Below are positions 26,496 through 39,425 of a stretch of 64,000 bases of DNA, one piece after another. How positions within the stretch are numbered: position 1 is the first letter of the stretch; every line of letters begins with the position of its first letter. Under the pieces are notes generated by a model. The model was not told the origin of the DNA. It ran no database searches and saw only the letters and a list, made by a program, of their open reading frames with translations. The DNA is from Chrysomallon squamiferum (Eukaryota; Animalia; Mollusca), in NCBI GenBank assembly GCA_012295275.1, contig CM022677.1, positions 1,054,001-1,118,000 on the forward strand. The letters are read 5' to 3'. The position numbers and the translations under genes were made by a program.

Positions 26496-27654
26496 GACAT
26501 AAAAACTTTATTTGCCAACTTGATAAGAAACTAGAGAAGAGCTGTAACAGAATTCCATGTAATGTGTGTAAGTATTTGATATGCTGGTTTATAAATACTG
26601 CAGAAGCCATTAACAAAATACAGAAGAGTTAGCATGTTTTTACTGCCCCTCAGAGAAGTAAACTAATCAAATCTGCCTGCCGAATAAATCAGAGGCTGTG
26701 CATTCTAATTTAGCAGGTCGTAATCCAGCCAATCATAAAAGGTTTTACTCAGCCAGTATGGTCTCATAACAAACTTTTTTTTCCTCAAAGCTATTAAACA
26801 AAAATTAACTTCTTTAATAAAAATGGGTTTCCTGGATATATAGCTGTGGTAAAAAGAGGTAATGTGTGCTGTATTAAACTTCATGGAAATAAAGTTTAAT
26901 ATTCAATATTAAATGACAAATAAACGTCTGAAATGATTTCAGTAAAGTTAATGTTTTTTTTTAATACTAACTTATATAGGCATACTCACACAAAATGATC
27001 TATTTAATACGGGTTTTAAAACTCTAAAGGTAAATTAATACAGTATGATTTATTTTTCAAAATACTTGCTAAAGAACATTAAAGTCATAAGCAATAACTT
27101 ATCTTAGAATATTAAAGTAACAAATCATGGTTAATTTGTTTAATACAACAAATGCTAATGAATATTAAGTAGTCAAAGGTCTCTGAACACATTTATTATT
27201 CAAAGGATTTCAGTTAAATAATGTCGACCAATGTTACCTTTTTTTAGAGCAATAAAAATAAAAATCAGTGACACATTTATAATAGTTCACCACCAAATGA
27301 GGTAAGATTATGTAACATCTTCATTCAGGTGACTCTGGCACACACCCTCACTAAATACCACAGTCTTTACTCATAAATCATTTCTCTGCTGGAATGGTTT
27401 AACAAAAACTTTTTTGTTTTACTGTTTTGTTGCTTTTCTTTCAGTTCTTATGATTATTATTATCATCATCATTTTATTAAGAGTGTTATATATATTATTA
27501 TTCTAAGAGTATTATGGAGAACTGATTTATTAATGTTATATAGCTAATAATATATATCTAATGAGATGATTTTTATTAATGATATGGACTTATAAAGATC
27601 AAATAAATATAAAATTCATAGTTTTTAAATAACATAACTCAGTGAAGACACACA

Positions 27655-27860
27655 CTAACTTGATATAACTAACTAAATACAACTAACTAGATATAACTAA
27701 CTAAATATGACTAACTAGATGTAACTAACTAAACATGACTAACTAGATATAACTAACTAAATATGACTACTAGATATAACTAACTAAATACGACTAACTA
27801 TATATAACTAACTAAACATGACTAACTAGATGTAACTAACAGACAGGTGTTAGTTAACTA
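27655..27860. repeat. ~14/28-bp taactaacta tandem repeat next to the exon 6 donor
   Basis: taactaactaaatatgactaactagata. Confidence 0.85.
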
Positions 27861-27881
27861 GACACATGCTGAGAGACTTAC

Positions 27882-28007
27882 CTGCAGTTATGAAAATTGA
27901 TCCGTGAGGAAACATGATGACATCGTCAACAGGGTGTCCATGGTCCACCGTCATCGCGCTCTCCGACATCCGCACATCAAACATCTTCACCGTGTGGTCG
28001 TACGAGC
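27882..28007 (-). CDS. UTP15: UTP15 exon 6
   Basis: 126 nt, [43 protein letters not shown]; close to the human [13 protein letters not shown] motif. Confidence 0.96.
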
Positions 28008-28023
28008 CTGAAATCAGTTGTAG

Positions 28024-28100
28024 ACAAAACTCAACACAAATCTCAACACAAAACTCAACACAAACCTCAACACAAATTTCAACACACACCTGAACACACA
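28024..28100. repeat. 12-bp tandem repeat next to the exon 6 acceptor
   Basis: aactcaacacaa, about 6 copies. Confidence 0.8.
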
Positions 28101-28521
28101 CCACTCTGACAGAAACAGCAAATGTTTAATCAAATATTGTTTTAATGTTAGTTTTTGTTTTGTTTGGACAATGATATGGAAAAGGAAATCTGTTTACATC
28201 ATTTTGTGTAGAATTTCCATCAATTAACAGCAGAAAGTTTCTTGTTATGTGAAATAGAAAATGAACACATCATCATTATCATCATCATCATTTTCATCAT
28301 CATCACTGACATTATAATAATTATTATTTATTTCAATATTTATCATTATTATCATGATCATCTTCATTATTAAAACAAACAAAACAGAAATGAAGAGACA
28401 AACAAAGGAAAAAGAAAAGCAAGAAAAAGGAAATACGAGAAAAATTAACAAAAAAAAAAACAACAATGATGTATCTAGGAAAGTCTGTGACAGAAAATAA
28501 AATAATTAAAATGCAGTTTAC

Positions 28522-28576
28522 CTGTGACAATGATGTCAGAACTTGCCTGGCTCGACACCCCACACCTCACGTAATC
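28522..28576 (-). CDS. UTP15: UTP15 exon 5
   Basis: 55 nt, DYVRCGVSSQASSDIIVTG. Confidence 0.93.
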
Positions 28577-31179
28577 CTGAAACACAATCAATCCTTTAAC
28601 TGAGACATAACTAACTAAAATCTCACTGTGCATGCAATTAACAAGATAAAGAAAGATTCCACACAATGGCTTTTCTTTTATCTCAGCAGAAAGTGACCTT
28701 TTAAATGAACGTACATCATGTGTTGTCTTTTAATATCCTATGGACAACTAATAAAATATAAAGGGAATTTTTTTTTAATTATAACTTTCTTTTCTTTCCT
28801 TTACTTTTTTAAATTGTTGTCTTTATTTATTTTATTTTATTATTATTATTATTTTGTTGTTGTTGTTGTTGTTGTTGTTGCTTTATTTATTTTTGTGTGC
28901 ATGTTAGAAAATGTATACATGTATACCCCAAATCTGTGTAGGTAAAGTGTGGAGATAAGAAATAATTAAATTTTTGTTGTTGTTTTACTTTTAATCAACC
29001 TGGTTATGGTTACAATTGTTGGTATATTTTTCTGGAAAAACAATAAAAACAACAACAATCAGTTTGAGTGTTGCTATAATGTGAGTTTAACTGGGAGTTA
29101 ATGAAGGAGGAACACTCTGATGTTGTTCTGTGCTGAGCCAAGCAGCAGTTTAACTGTCGTAAAGCCTTGCAGGACAAGCCTATTTAACACTGGATAACTT
29201 CACAAATAATCCATGAAATTGAACATTTTCACACAAAAAATCTCTGATGCAATAATGTTGAGATATGTTACACTATTAAGAGATAATTATTTTTTTTTTC
29301 AACTTAACATTAATAATGGAATGAGGTGTAAGTATCAGACAATTTAAAAAACAACAAAAAAACAGCGGGGAGACAGATGTATGGAAGCAGAGAGAGGTAA
29401 TGATTTTGTAAGTAAACAAATCTATTTGACCTCGCAAATCATGTAAAACTAAATTAATAAACTATAAGATTTTGTATGATACTTTTTTTTCTTCACCATT
29501 TCCATGTTTGTACCTATTTTAATATTACGTTTTTATGTCATAATATTAGTGAATCTAGTTTTTTTTCTGAGATTGATATTCAATTAAATTTAATTATTAA
29601 GTATATTAATATTTAACAACTGAAATAATTTCTCTTTCACATAGTAATATATATATATATACATGCACATACATACATAGACAAAGGAAAAAAAAAAATA
29701 ATAATAATGATACACACATACACATACACACAGAGAATGAATCAACAAAGAACATTTGTTTTTTTTGTTTTTTAAATTAACTACTGTAATAATAAATTAT
29801 GAATTAAATCAAAGTTTCAGAAGTTTTAAGTTACTCTGTAGTTATTTTGTAACTGCTTTCCCCGTTCTTTCAGACTTCCATTTGTTTGCCCATCAAAGTG
29901 TCAGAGACGTTTCAGCAGCAGCCCTAATTACAAGGAACCACATGAAATAGATTGAATGACAATTGGGAATGCTTTAGGATTTTATGGCAAATAAATTATT
30001 CACATATTCGCAGAGATGAGCATGTCATGGAAACAGATTCAAAGGGCAGAATCATCAATTTCATACCCAATTAAATACCAGGATGTCTCTTCCCCTGCAG
30101 CATGTAAAACAGTCCATAAAGTCGAAGTGAACTTATCTGAAAAACTGGGGCTGATATAAATTTGTTGGTTTGTGTGTTTGATCATTTGTTTTGTTTTTTT
30201 AATAATCTTTTGTCTATATGAATGAACAGCAGTATTTGTCTAAAGTTTTGTTCTTTCTTTTTTTATTTCTTATTTTTCCAAAATTTCTAAGGCATTAACA
30301 ATTCCTTATTTAAGTTTTAATTTTTTTTTTTTTTTTTTTTAATTACTACTACTGTTGTTGGTGTTGTTGATGTTGCCATTTTTATTATTATCATCATTCA
30401 TGAAGAAACTAGATTATGAATTTTCTATCATCGTTTTTGTCAATTTCAGAATTATCATCTAGACAGCTGTATGTACCATATTTCACTACAACAGTAAATC
30501 ATAATTAACTGCATCTAACAATTTCCACTCAAAAAAATAAGAAAGAATATATATATATATTTATAATTCTGACATGCAATGTGTCTGTGTTTGCAAATTA
30601 TAAGTATTATTTCAGATTTTTTTTGAAAAAAAAGAAAGATTTTTTTTTTGTTTAAATCTTTCTTGTTCTGATGAGACAGTTTTTTAAAAAGAATTTGTAA
30701 AGTTTTTTTTTTTTTTTTTAAAATAAACTACTCCAGTCGTCTGATGGTAATCTAGAAATACATCTTGTAAGAATAAAGCATATTTTTTCCAGTATCTGAT
30801 TGAATGTACACTGTGTACAAGTTCATCAACAATGTAAATCTATAAAGCACTTTGCCACAAATTATCACAGTATCATTACAACTATAAATTACCAACACAC
30901 ACACACACACACACACTGGAAAACCAACGTTACAGTCTTTTCAATTTCAAAGCTGAACCATTCTGCCACTGTGGTATGCAAGTGCACTGTGCATGGCCTG
31001 AAGAAAATTGGAATAAATCTCCACTGATATCAAATTTCAGGTTGGGAATTTGAAGAAAACTTCTAAATGTGTTAGAAATCTTGAGAATCGTAATTATAAT
31101 CACTTCAATATGGGGCTAAGTTAGTGTGTATCACATCAGAGTTGATGAGGGGGAAACAACGTAACAACATTGATAGATA

Positions 31180-31470
31180 GACTGCCACTGGAAATACAAT
31201 CTTATTTGACTGCCACTGGAAATTCAATCTTATTTGACTGCCACTGGAAATATGGTCTTATTAGACACTCTGGAAATATGGTCTTATTAGACTACCACTG
31301 GAAATATGATCTTATTTGACTGCCACTGATCTTATTAGAAAAATATGGTCTTACAAAATATGATCTTATTTGACTGCCACTGGAAATATGGTCTTATTAG
31401 ACACTCTGGAAATATGGTCTTATTAGACACTCTGGAAATATGGTCTTATTAGACTACCACTGGAAATATG
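31180..31470. repeat. ~27-bp tandem repeat, ~10 copies
   Basis: gactgccactggaaatatggtcttatta variants. Confidence 0.85.
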
Positions 31471-32748
31471 CTGTTATTAAATTTCCATCAGAAATTTGAT
31501 GTTTTTAGAAAACCAGTAAAAATATATAACTAAAACTGCCATTACAATGTTAGAAGATAACACAACAAATATTGTAGTTTATCCCTATTCCCAGATATGG
31601 TTTTATTAGGCTGCAAGAAAAAGATCTATGATGTTATGTATATGTTATACTAGTGTGTATATATATATATATTAAAATTAAACATTATGTATTTGTATTG
31701 ATATATAACATTTATGTGTATGATGCAGATTAAATAAATAAATCTCTGTGTAATAATTTCAAACAGAAAAGTGACAAAAAGTAAAACTGCAACTAATCAG
31801 TGAAAAGATAAAACTGATCTACATTTAATGCTGTGAATATCAGTTTATTATGTGAGACAAAATTTATCACATTAATTTCATTTACTGACAGTTTAACTGT
31901 TTCACTGAAAGAAATCTTCAAATGAATTTATCTCTAAATATACTTTAAAATTATTTCCCACACCAAATACATTAGACACAATGAGCATTCACTATACTCT
32001 CCCAATCACCAGAGGGAAAACATGATAACTGTCAATCAAATGACAACTGTGTTGTAAAAGTTTCAATTTCTCAGGGCTTTGGTTCTGAAACAACACAGCA
32101 GCAATGAATCAATCATAATAATGAAAAACAAACACGGAACTGACTGTCATATCACAATGAAAAACACGACACATAATGATGTCGATGTGGAGATCACATT
32201 TCTGAAAATCATCTGCACATCTTTTGTGTGGATGCTGAAATTCTGTTACAGGAAGATGGTGGTTGCATGAAAACTGAGAGGCCAGCAAATTAATTCCCAA
32301 ACAAGACTTACTTTGTTAAATATCTGTAAGGATTGTTAGGCAATTATTTCTTAACTGTGAGATAACTGTATTTAATAATGCAAACAATAATAACTGAAAA
32401 TAAAGTCTAAAAACAATTTATATGTGTATACACATGCTCAGATGTATGTTGTAAAATAACAGTATTTAATAAAGCCAATTACAAGTAATAATAAATGAAA
32501 AACTGTAAAAAGAATTTATGTATCTTTGTCTAAATCTATACATTAGTGTTAGTATATATTGTGTTTTTTAAATAATGATTACTTGTAATTGGTGTTATTA
32601 AATACTAAAGTCATCATAATTAAAAGACAATGAAAGGACATGTTTCCAGGTTTGTGTTAAAAGAATTGAACTGTTTGTTTGTTTAACAACAAACTGAAAG
32701 ATAAATAATGGGTTAAAAGAAGAAAAGAATTTTCTCTTCAGCTCTTAC

Positions 32749-32872
32749 CTCGTGTTCATCGTAAACAAGCTGAGCTTTTTCTGTGGGGATGTCCCAGATT
32801 CGCACACTTCTGTCGTTAGATCCAGAAAAAATGCGGAGTCCATCATTAAGAAACTTTGTTACATTTACTGGT
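32749..32872 (-). CDS. UTP15: UTP15 exon 4
   Basis: 124 nt, (G)PVNVTKFLNDGLRIFSGSNDRSVRIWDIPTEKAQLVYDEHE; WD40. Confidence 0.94.
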
Positions 32873-33461
32873 CTGAAATTAAATTTAATTATTATTTAAA
32901 AAAAAAAAAAAAATTCAATAATTTTTTTTTTTTTTTTATAAATATTTAATTAAATTTCAGATTATCAAAATGGTGGCTTTTTTTATATATATTTTTAATT
33001 TATTTCAACTTTTTTTTTTTTTTTTTTTTTAAATAGTTTTTTCTTCTTCATTATTTACATCTAGAATATTTAAAGGCAGATTACAGTCTTTTTTCAAAAT
33101 TCACTGACGTTAGATCAAATATCCATGAGAAAATATTTTAATTGTCAAAATATAAAATGGAACAAAATATGTCTGCTTAGAGGTTCATGTTTATTCTGTA
33201 ACTTTACACAAAAATCTCACATAGTTGTTCATGTAGGGATGTCAAACTGAAAACTTCTTCTATTAAGTTTTATAATGAATAACTAAAGATTACTATACAT
33301 TCTTATATTAATACTTAATAAGTTTTCAAACATATCTTTCTGGTAATAACAAAAAACAAAAACAAAAAATTCCAAGTGTGATAAAACTGATTATTAGACA
33401 GGAAGATAATACAGACTGAACCAGGGTAAAATCTGTTAAGTATTACTTAAGAAATTTGTGA

Positions 33462-33800
33462 CTTATGACTGAGTGATTCACTTTAAGATCTGAATTATGA
33501 CTGAGTGATTAAGTTTATGATTTGAATTATGACTGACAGTGATTCAGTTTCTGATTTGGATTATGACTGAGTGATTCAGTTTAAGATTTGAATTATGACT
33601 GACAGTGATTCAGTTTAAGATTTGAATTATGACTGATAGTGATTCAGTTGGGTTATGACTGAGGATTCAGTTTATGATTTGGATTATGACTGATAGTGAT
33701 TCAGTTTATGATTTGAATTATGACTGATAGTGATTCAGTTTATGATTTGAATTATGACTGATAGTGATTCAGTTTATATTTGAATTATGACTGATAAAGA
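33462..33800. repeat. ~31-34 bp tandem repeat, ~10 copies
   Basis: ttatgactgatagtgattcagtttatgatttgaa variants. Confidence 0.88.
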
Positions 33801-33943
33801 TTCAATTTGTGTTCTGTGACTGATCAGTATTCAATCGCTGATCAGAGTTTATTTCAAGCTTTCACAAACAAATTTTTCCATGGCTATTGATTAAAACTGA
33901 TCTTTAAAAAACTGCAATAATTTTTGTATAATACTGTACACAC

Positions 33944-34128
33944 CCATCATGACCTTTGAAAACTCTTAACAGTGACTTGTTTCTGACATCAAACAACTTC
34001 GCAGTGCTTTCGTCGCTTCCCGCCACAAGTAACTGTCCATCTCGCCTAAACGAGCCACTGTGAGCCAGCTCTTTAAACCGACTGATAGTACGACTGATCT
34101 GATTGGTTGTTGCACTGTAGATCTGTAC
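33944..34128 (-). CDS. UTP15: UTP15 exon 3
   Basis: 185 nt, VQIYSATTNQISRTISRFKELAHSGSFRRDGQLLVAGSDESTAKLFDVRNKSLLRVFKGHDG. Confidence 0.95.
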
Positions 34129-37100
34129 CTGTCAAATAAAATAACAGTTAAAAAAATTAAATGACAATAAATTATTATTATTTAGAATACATTTTAAGAG
34201 AGTTTCATTTCTTTGGTTATAATAATGAAGCTATGAACAGTTATTTTATCAACAATTGAAATGATTCAAAATAAATGACAGCTGTATTTTTCCTACCTGC
34301 AATATTTTCACCCATTTTAATATCAATATTAAAAAATAAATACTTTCTTAATAATAGTTTATTTAAAAATGTATCATTTTCTCCTGTTAACTAATGAATT
34401 TGACTATCATTTCAGACAAGTGAAAACTATTCCAAGCAAAGTTTATATGAAGTTTCATTAATGTTTCTCAAGTCAATTCTTTAAAAAAAACATATTTTTA
34501 TTTTATTTTATATTATTGGGTTATTTTGTTCTTTATTTATTATTATTATTTTAAACTTTCTGAATTGTTTTAATTATGTTTTTGTAGACTATCCATTTAC
34601 TTTTTACATTTATGTTTTTAGAAATAAAAACATGTTTTACAAATCATACTGATCTTAATTATTGATAAAATTTTTAGTAAATTAAATGAGTTCTTCAGGT
34701 TTCTTCTCCTACAATTAGCTATTACATCCGACAGTTGACATCTGGTAATCAAAAACTTCTCAACGTTTTTCTTCACAAAAAATTTCTTTAACGAAAGGAT
34801 AAAATCAGGGTAAGAGATGAATGCTAACTGGGTTTTTTTTAAGTTGTATTTTTTTTCTTCATGGCCTACTTTCTGTTAATTGCATCTAATTGCAGAGCCT
34901 CTCCTGCCAATTCTGATTGAAAGTAAATAGGATCTTATTCCCAAAACATCTGTAAATGAAATTTAGCCACTCTTCTCCAAACAGAACTTACGTTATAAAA
35001 ATGTGTCTCAAGGCAGAATATTTCTCACTTTTTTTTCTTACTCTTTTTTTTTCTATCAGATTTTGAAAAAAAAAGAAAAAAGAAAGAAGATAAAATCCTT
35101 TATCTTTTATTTGATTAAAATTATTATACATAATTCTAGGAAAATAAAGCGTGATATTGCATCATGCTTGGATAGACAACTGTGATTTGATTTTGTGTCC
35201 ATGTTCATTTCTCTGGCAATTATGTCTTTACGTGCTTTTCTACTGACAATAATTTGTTACCAGCTGATATCATTTATTAGCTTATATGAAAAAAAAATAA
35301 CCAGTTGGAATTAGGCCAAGATTAAGAAATTATTAGAGTTGTGTAGAAATTAAATAAAGAACAGTCTTTCATGATTCATTTTATTTTGAGCAACGTTAGT
35401 GGCAACTCATCTTTCTTTTTTTTTCTCGTTTAATCAGTGATGATTTTAAAATGCAGCAGATGAGTGTTTGAGTCCGGTTAATTTCAGCTTTGTTTAATTA
35501 GATTGAAGAAAGATTAGTCACTGTCTATTAATAATTTAAATTCATAAACTTTAAAGAAATAAATTATTTTAAATTATCTTGATGAAAATAAATTTAAGAG
35601 TTTCATGCTACACATATTTTCTGTCTAGCTTCATTGTATATATAGTTATTTAAAATTAATCTACTCATTATTGTGACAATATATATTAATTTATACATTT
35701 CATTACTTTCAACTGTATAAAATTTAAAAAGTTGGAATAAATATAATAATTTGCTTGTGTAGACATAATAATAATAATAATAATAATACTAAAATTAACA
35801 ATAACAATAAAATAATAACAATGACAACAATAATACCAATAACAACAATAACAATAATAAATGGTTCTAGATTACTCTGGTATTGAGAACTCATAACTTA
35901 TTATCCCCCTTTAATTAATACTGATTTTAACTTTTGCCAAAAATCTGATAATCAGTACCAAGAAATGAAATTAGTGTTTTAAAATAAACACGTTTTCTTT
36001 CCTTATACTCTAAAATGTATATTCAGTTTTAAACACTGCAAAACTGAAAATATCTGAAATCTATTTCTTTTATAAATAATTATTTAAATATATTTTTATT
36101 TTTCATTTTGTATATATAAAACTAAACAAAAATAAAAAATAAAAAATAAAAATAATTTAAAAACATAGTACTATTGTTATCTGTATCAGGTTATATTATA
36201 CCAGTTATCTCCCTTTACTGTAACTATAATTTACTTCTCAGAAATCGGAGAAGGTGATGGACATTTTCTTTCTCTTGTTAATAATAAATTAAGTACTGTC
36301 TTCATTTAATCCATGGATTATCTGCCATTAATTTAGAGTACAATATAAACTTTGGCATATGCTGAAAAATTTGTTTACTTGTAATACCAATAAAGATAAA
36401 AGAAAAAATAAGAGATGTATAGACAGATAATGTAGCAAGATACATCATACAGACAGAAAGATACACATATATATAAAAGATTTTTGTTCCATCCTAATTT
36501 AAAAGAGCTAAATTCAAGATTCTAAAAATAGACAGCTCTGCACAGACACAGTGTCAGATATGAGTGGAGAAAATGGAAGATCATTTAGATCTGACAATAG
36601 ATAAACCATCTCAACAATGAAAATACCCATGTGTACTTTTTACTTATCTAAAACAATCTTTCAACATTTTTATTTTTTTAAACAAGTTAATGTTTGTTTT
36701 GTTTCAGAATAATAAATAAATAAATAAATAATAAATAATAAATTATTATTATTATTATTATTATTATATATTATTATTATTATTATTATTATAGCTGTTT
36801 GGAAAACCAATATTTTGTAACTGCTGGCTTTTTGAAAAGTAATATTTTGTATACTATGGATTTTTTAAATTAATTTAATGCAAAAGTTAAAAATATCTAT
36901 AATTAAAATATATGCACAAAACATAGCATTTTGTTTTCACATTTTCTGTTATTACAAATTTGAATCATTGACAACTACATTTATACAAATGTTCTATTGT
37001 TATACTTAAATAAATAAATATATAAAATATACTTAAACATACATTATACATGCACATACAATTATATTTACACACATTACATAGACATTCATTGTTTTTA

Positions 37101-37805
37101 TTTGAATTTTAAAAAATGTCATTTGAATTGAAAATATACACAGCAGATTATGGGGTATTCAAATATATGTTAAAGAGTTATGCACAATGAACCTTGATAA
37201 TTTATTACAAAATTAAAAAGAAAATGTTCCTACTTTAACAGTGATTTCTCTACATGCAACACCAAACAAACACAATTACAAAACTTGTAAATTTATTCTT
37301 AATCAGATTTTATAAGATTGTTAATTTTTCCATTACCCATATTCTCACATGCAAGATACAAACAGAAATACAATTATGTTAATTCTAACAACATACACGA
37401 ATCAAAAATAGTGAGTAATAAATGATGTATTTAATGAACTGATACAGAAATCATCAGAACATTGTGCTTATCACAACATTAGCTCATCTACTGCCATGTG
37501 GAAAAGTCAGACACCCTGATCAGTAGTGAACCAGTTAATATTCACATAACTGAATTACTAAAATTTAAAATGATCTACAACACAATTTCTCAGTAATTCT
37601 AAAACAATCACTTTTATTCTGAACACTGCTTTAGATAAAAAAATTTTAAAATAAAGATCAGCATCAATTCCAGTTTTAATTTGGTACCATTTCACTGCTG
37701 CAGAAAATAACAAATAATTTATGATAGCAACTACTTTGGTATTTTGTGTTGATATCCTGGGCTTACTGAGGACAAGTATGTTACTGATATTTGAAAACAA
37801 CTTAC

Positions 37806-37898
37806 CCTGGTAGAATTTGTGACAGCATAACTGTAGGGTTGCACAGGACTAAACTCTATGTGTGTTATTGCTCCATACTCTTTTTTTGTAATTGGAAC
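37806..37898 (-). CDS. UTP15: UTP15 exon 2
   Basis: 93 nt, VPITKKEYGAITHIEFSPVQPYSYAVTNSTR. Confidence 0.94.
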
Positions 37899-38531
37899 CT
37901 GAAAGTAAAATAATTGTGAATGTTAAAAAGAAAACAGTTCTAATGTGATAGCTGTGAATACAACAGAGTAGAAAGTGCGTCTCAGGCACCACCTGCTGCT
38001 GGATCAAGCCTCCTCAGAACTCCTACTGAGTTTTCTCACAATCAAACCAGTGCTCCACAACTAGTCTATCAAAGACTATGGTTTACACATTGTTATGTAT
38101 CTGACACATTAATTACTCATTCTTCTAACTACTGGGTATAATAGTTTCCTATTTTTTGTTATCCATTATCAAACACAAATTGATAGAAATAATTAAAGAA
38201 TATTTTTCTGTGATTAATCGTTAAGTTACTGAAAATTAAACAATTAGTCAGTAGTCTTTTAATATTCTAGATTTTAATATGGATGAACTTTTTTTTTCTT
38301 GTATGGCTAATGTAATGCTATAAACCAAAATTAATCTCTCTCTCACAAACACATATACACACAAATATATATAATGCTAATAATGTTAAAAAAATAATAA
38401 TAATAAAAATAATAATAATAAAAAATAAATAATAATAATAATATAATTTATTATTCTTTTTTTTTTTTAATTTCATGCAGATTTATAATTGTCCAATAAT
38501 AATAATAATAATAATAATTTATTATTCATTA

Positions 38532-38570
<39 letters not shown>

Positions 38571-38966
38571 TTTTAATTTTTTTAATTTCATGCAGATCCA
38601 TAATTCTGTCCAGACTAAAAACTATGTGCTGGAACTTCAGTTCTGCAGTTGTCAGTAAATTGCACTGTTGGTGGTATTCAATAATTCTATTATAATAGCT
38701 ATAAACTGATAATTTAGTAAACAGACCACAGCTTTTACAGTTTTCTAAAACTAATTAATATATAATTATTATATCATTAAAATAAGATCTATGGGAAAAT
38801 ATATTGTTTAAAAATTTAACAAAGTACATTTTTTGTAAACAAACCCACGTGCGAAATTAATTTCTCTTGAATCCTCAAGACTACAGACGTATATTGTCTT
38901 TTCAGTAAAGTAAGAAACTGATAGAAGTACAGACAAATAAGGTTAAAGAGCAGATAGTTATGTTAC

Positions 38967-39059
38967 CTCTAGATTTTTCCAATACAGATTATCTGGGGTT
39001 ACTTTCTCGCCAATTTGTGCATACGGTTTAACTACTGTTTTCTTGAAGGAGGAGGCCAT
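38967..39059 (-). CDS. UTP15: UTP15 exon 1 (start codon); U3 snoRNA-associated protein 15, SSU processome
   Basis: ATG at 39059, MASSFKKTVVKPYAQIGEKVTPDNLYWKNLE|gtaaca. The 13 exons total 1536 nt = 511 aa + stop, in frame throughout. Confidence 0.94.
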
Positions 39060-39425
39060 GTTTTGTTAAGTCTTTATATTACTATTAGTTTGGGATGGAT
39101 TTACAAATTACGCTTACATTTCGAGATAATCGAGGCTAACATCGAAATATTCGTCAAAAGAGGTCGCTATGAACGTCTTGTTTACTTCGGTCGTTTCCGC
39201 GTAAGGGGCACTGACTCACGGAAACCACCGGTTATGTCCAGCAATGTTATTGGTCGATCACGTGCCTACTGCATAAATTAATATCATTGAATGACGGGAT
39301 ATGGGAAAGAGGGATTATTTGATAAAGTGCGCTACCAAAATTGGCCCCAGCATATCTAACGAGTTGAGGTCGAAAGAACGACCCGAGTCGTTCTGCGAAG
39401 ACTTACTTGCCAAAATTAAAGAGTT
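39060..39425. promoter_or_regulatory. Putative bidirectional promoter shared by UTP15 (-) and ARID3/dri (+)
   Basis: 366 bp between divergent start codons, CpG-rich. CACGTG at 39259-64, ATTGG (reverse CCAAT) at 39249-53, TGACTCA at 39212-18, and a second CACGTG at 38846-51 in UTP15 intron 1. Confidence 0.75.

Noticed and set aside
11123-27881. A nested protein-coding gene within the large UTP15 intron
   Set aside because: I found no chain of phase-compatible exons or recognisable protein motif on either strand. Short exons or a lncRNA cannot be excluded without RNA data.
39015-39281. 88-aa ORF on + across the promoter
   Set aside because: Non-ATG start, antisense overlap with UTP15 exon 1, and no homology recognised.
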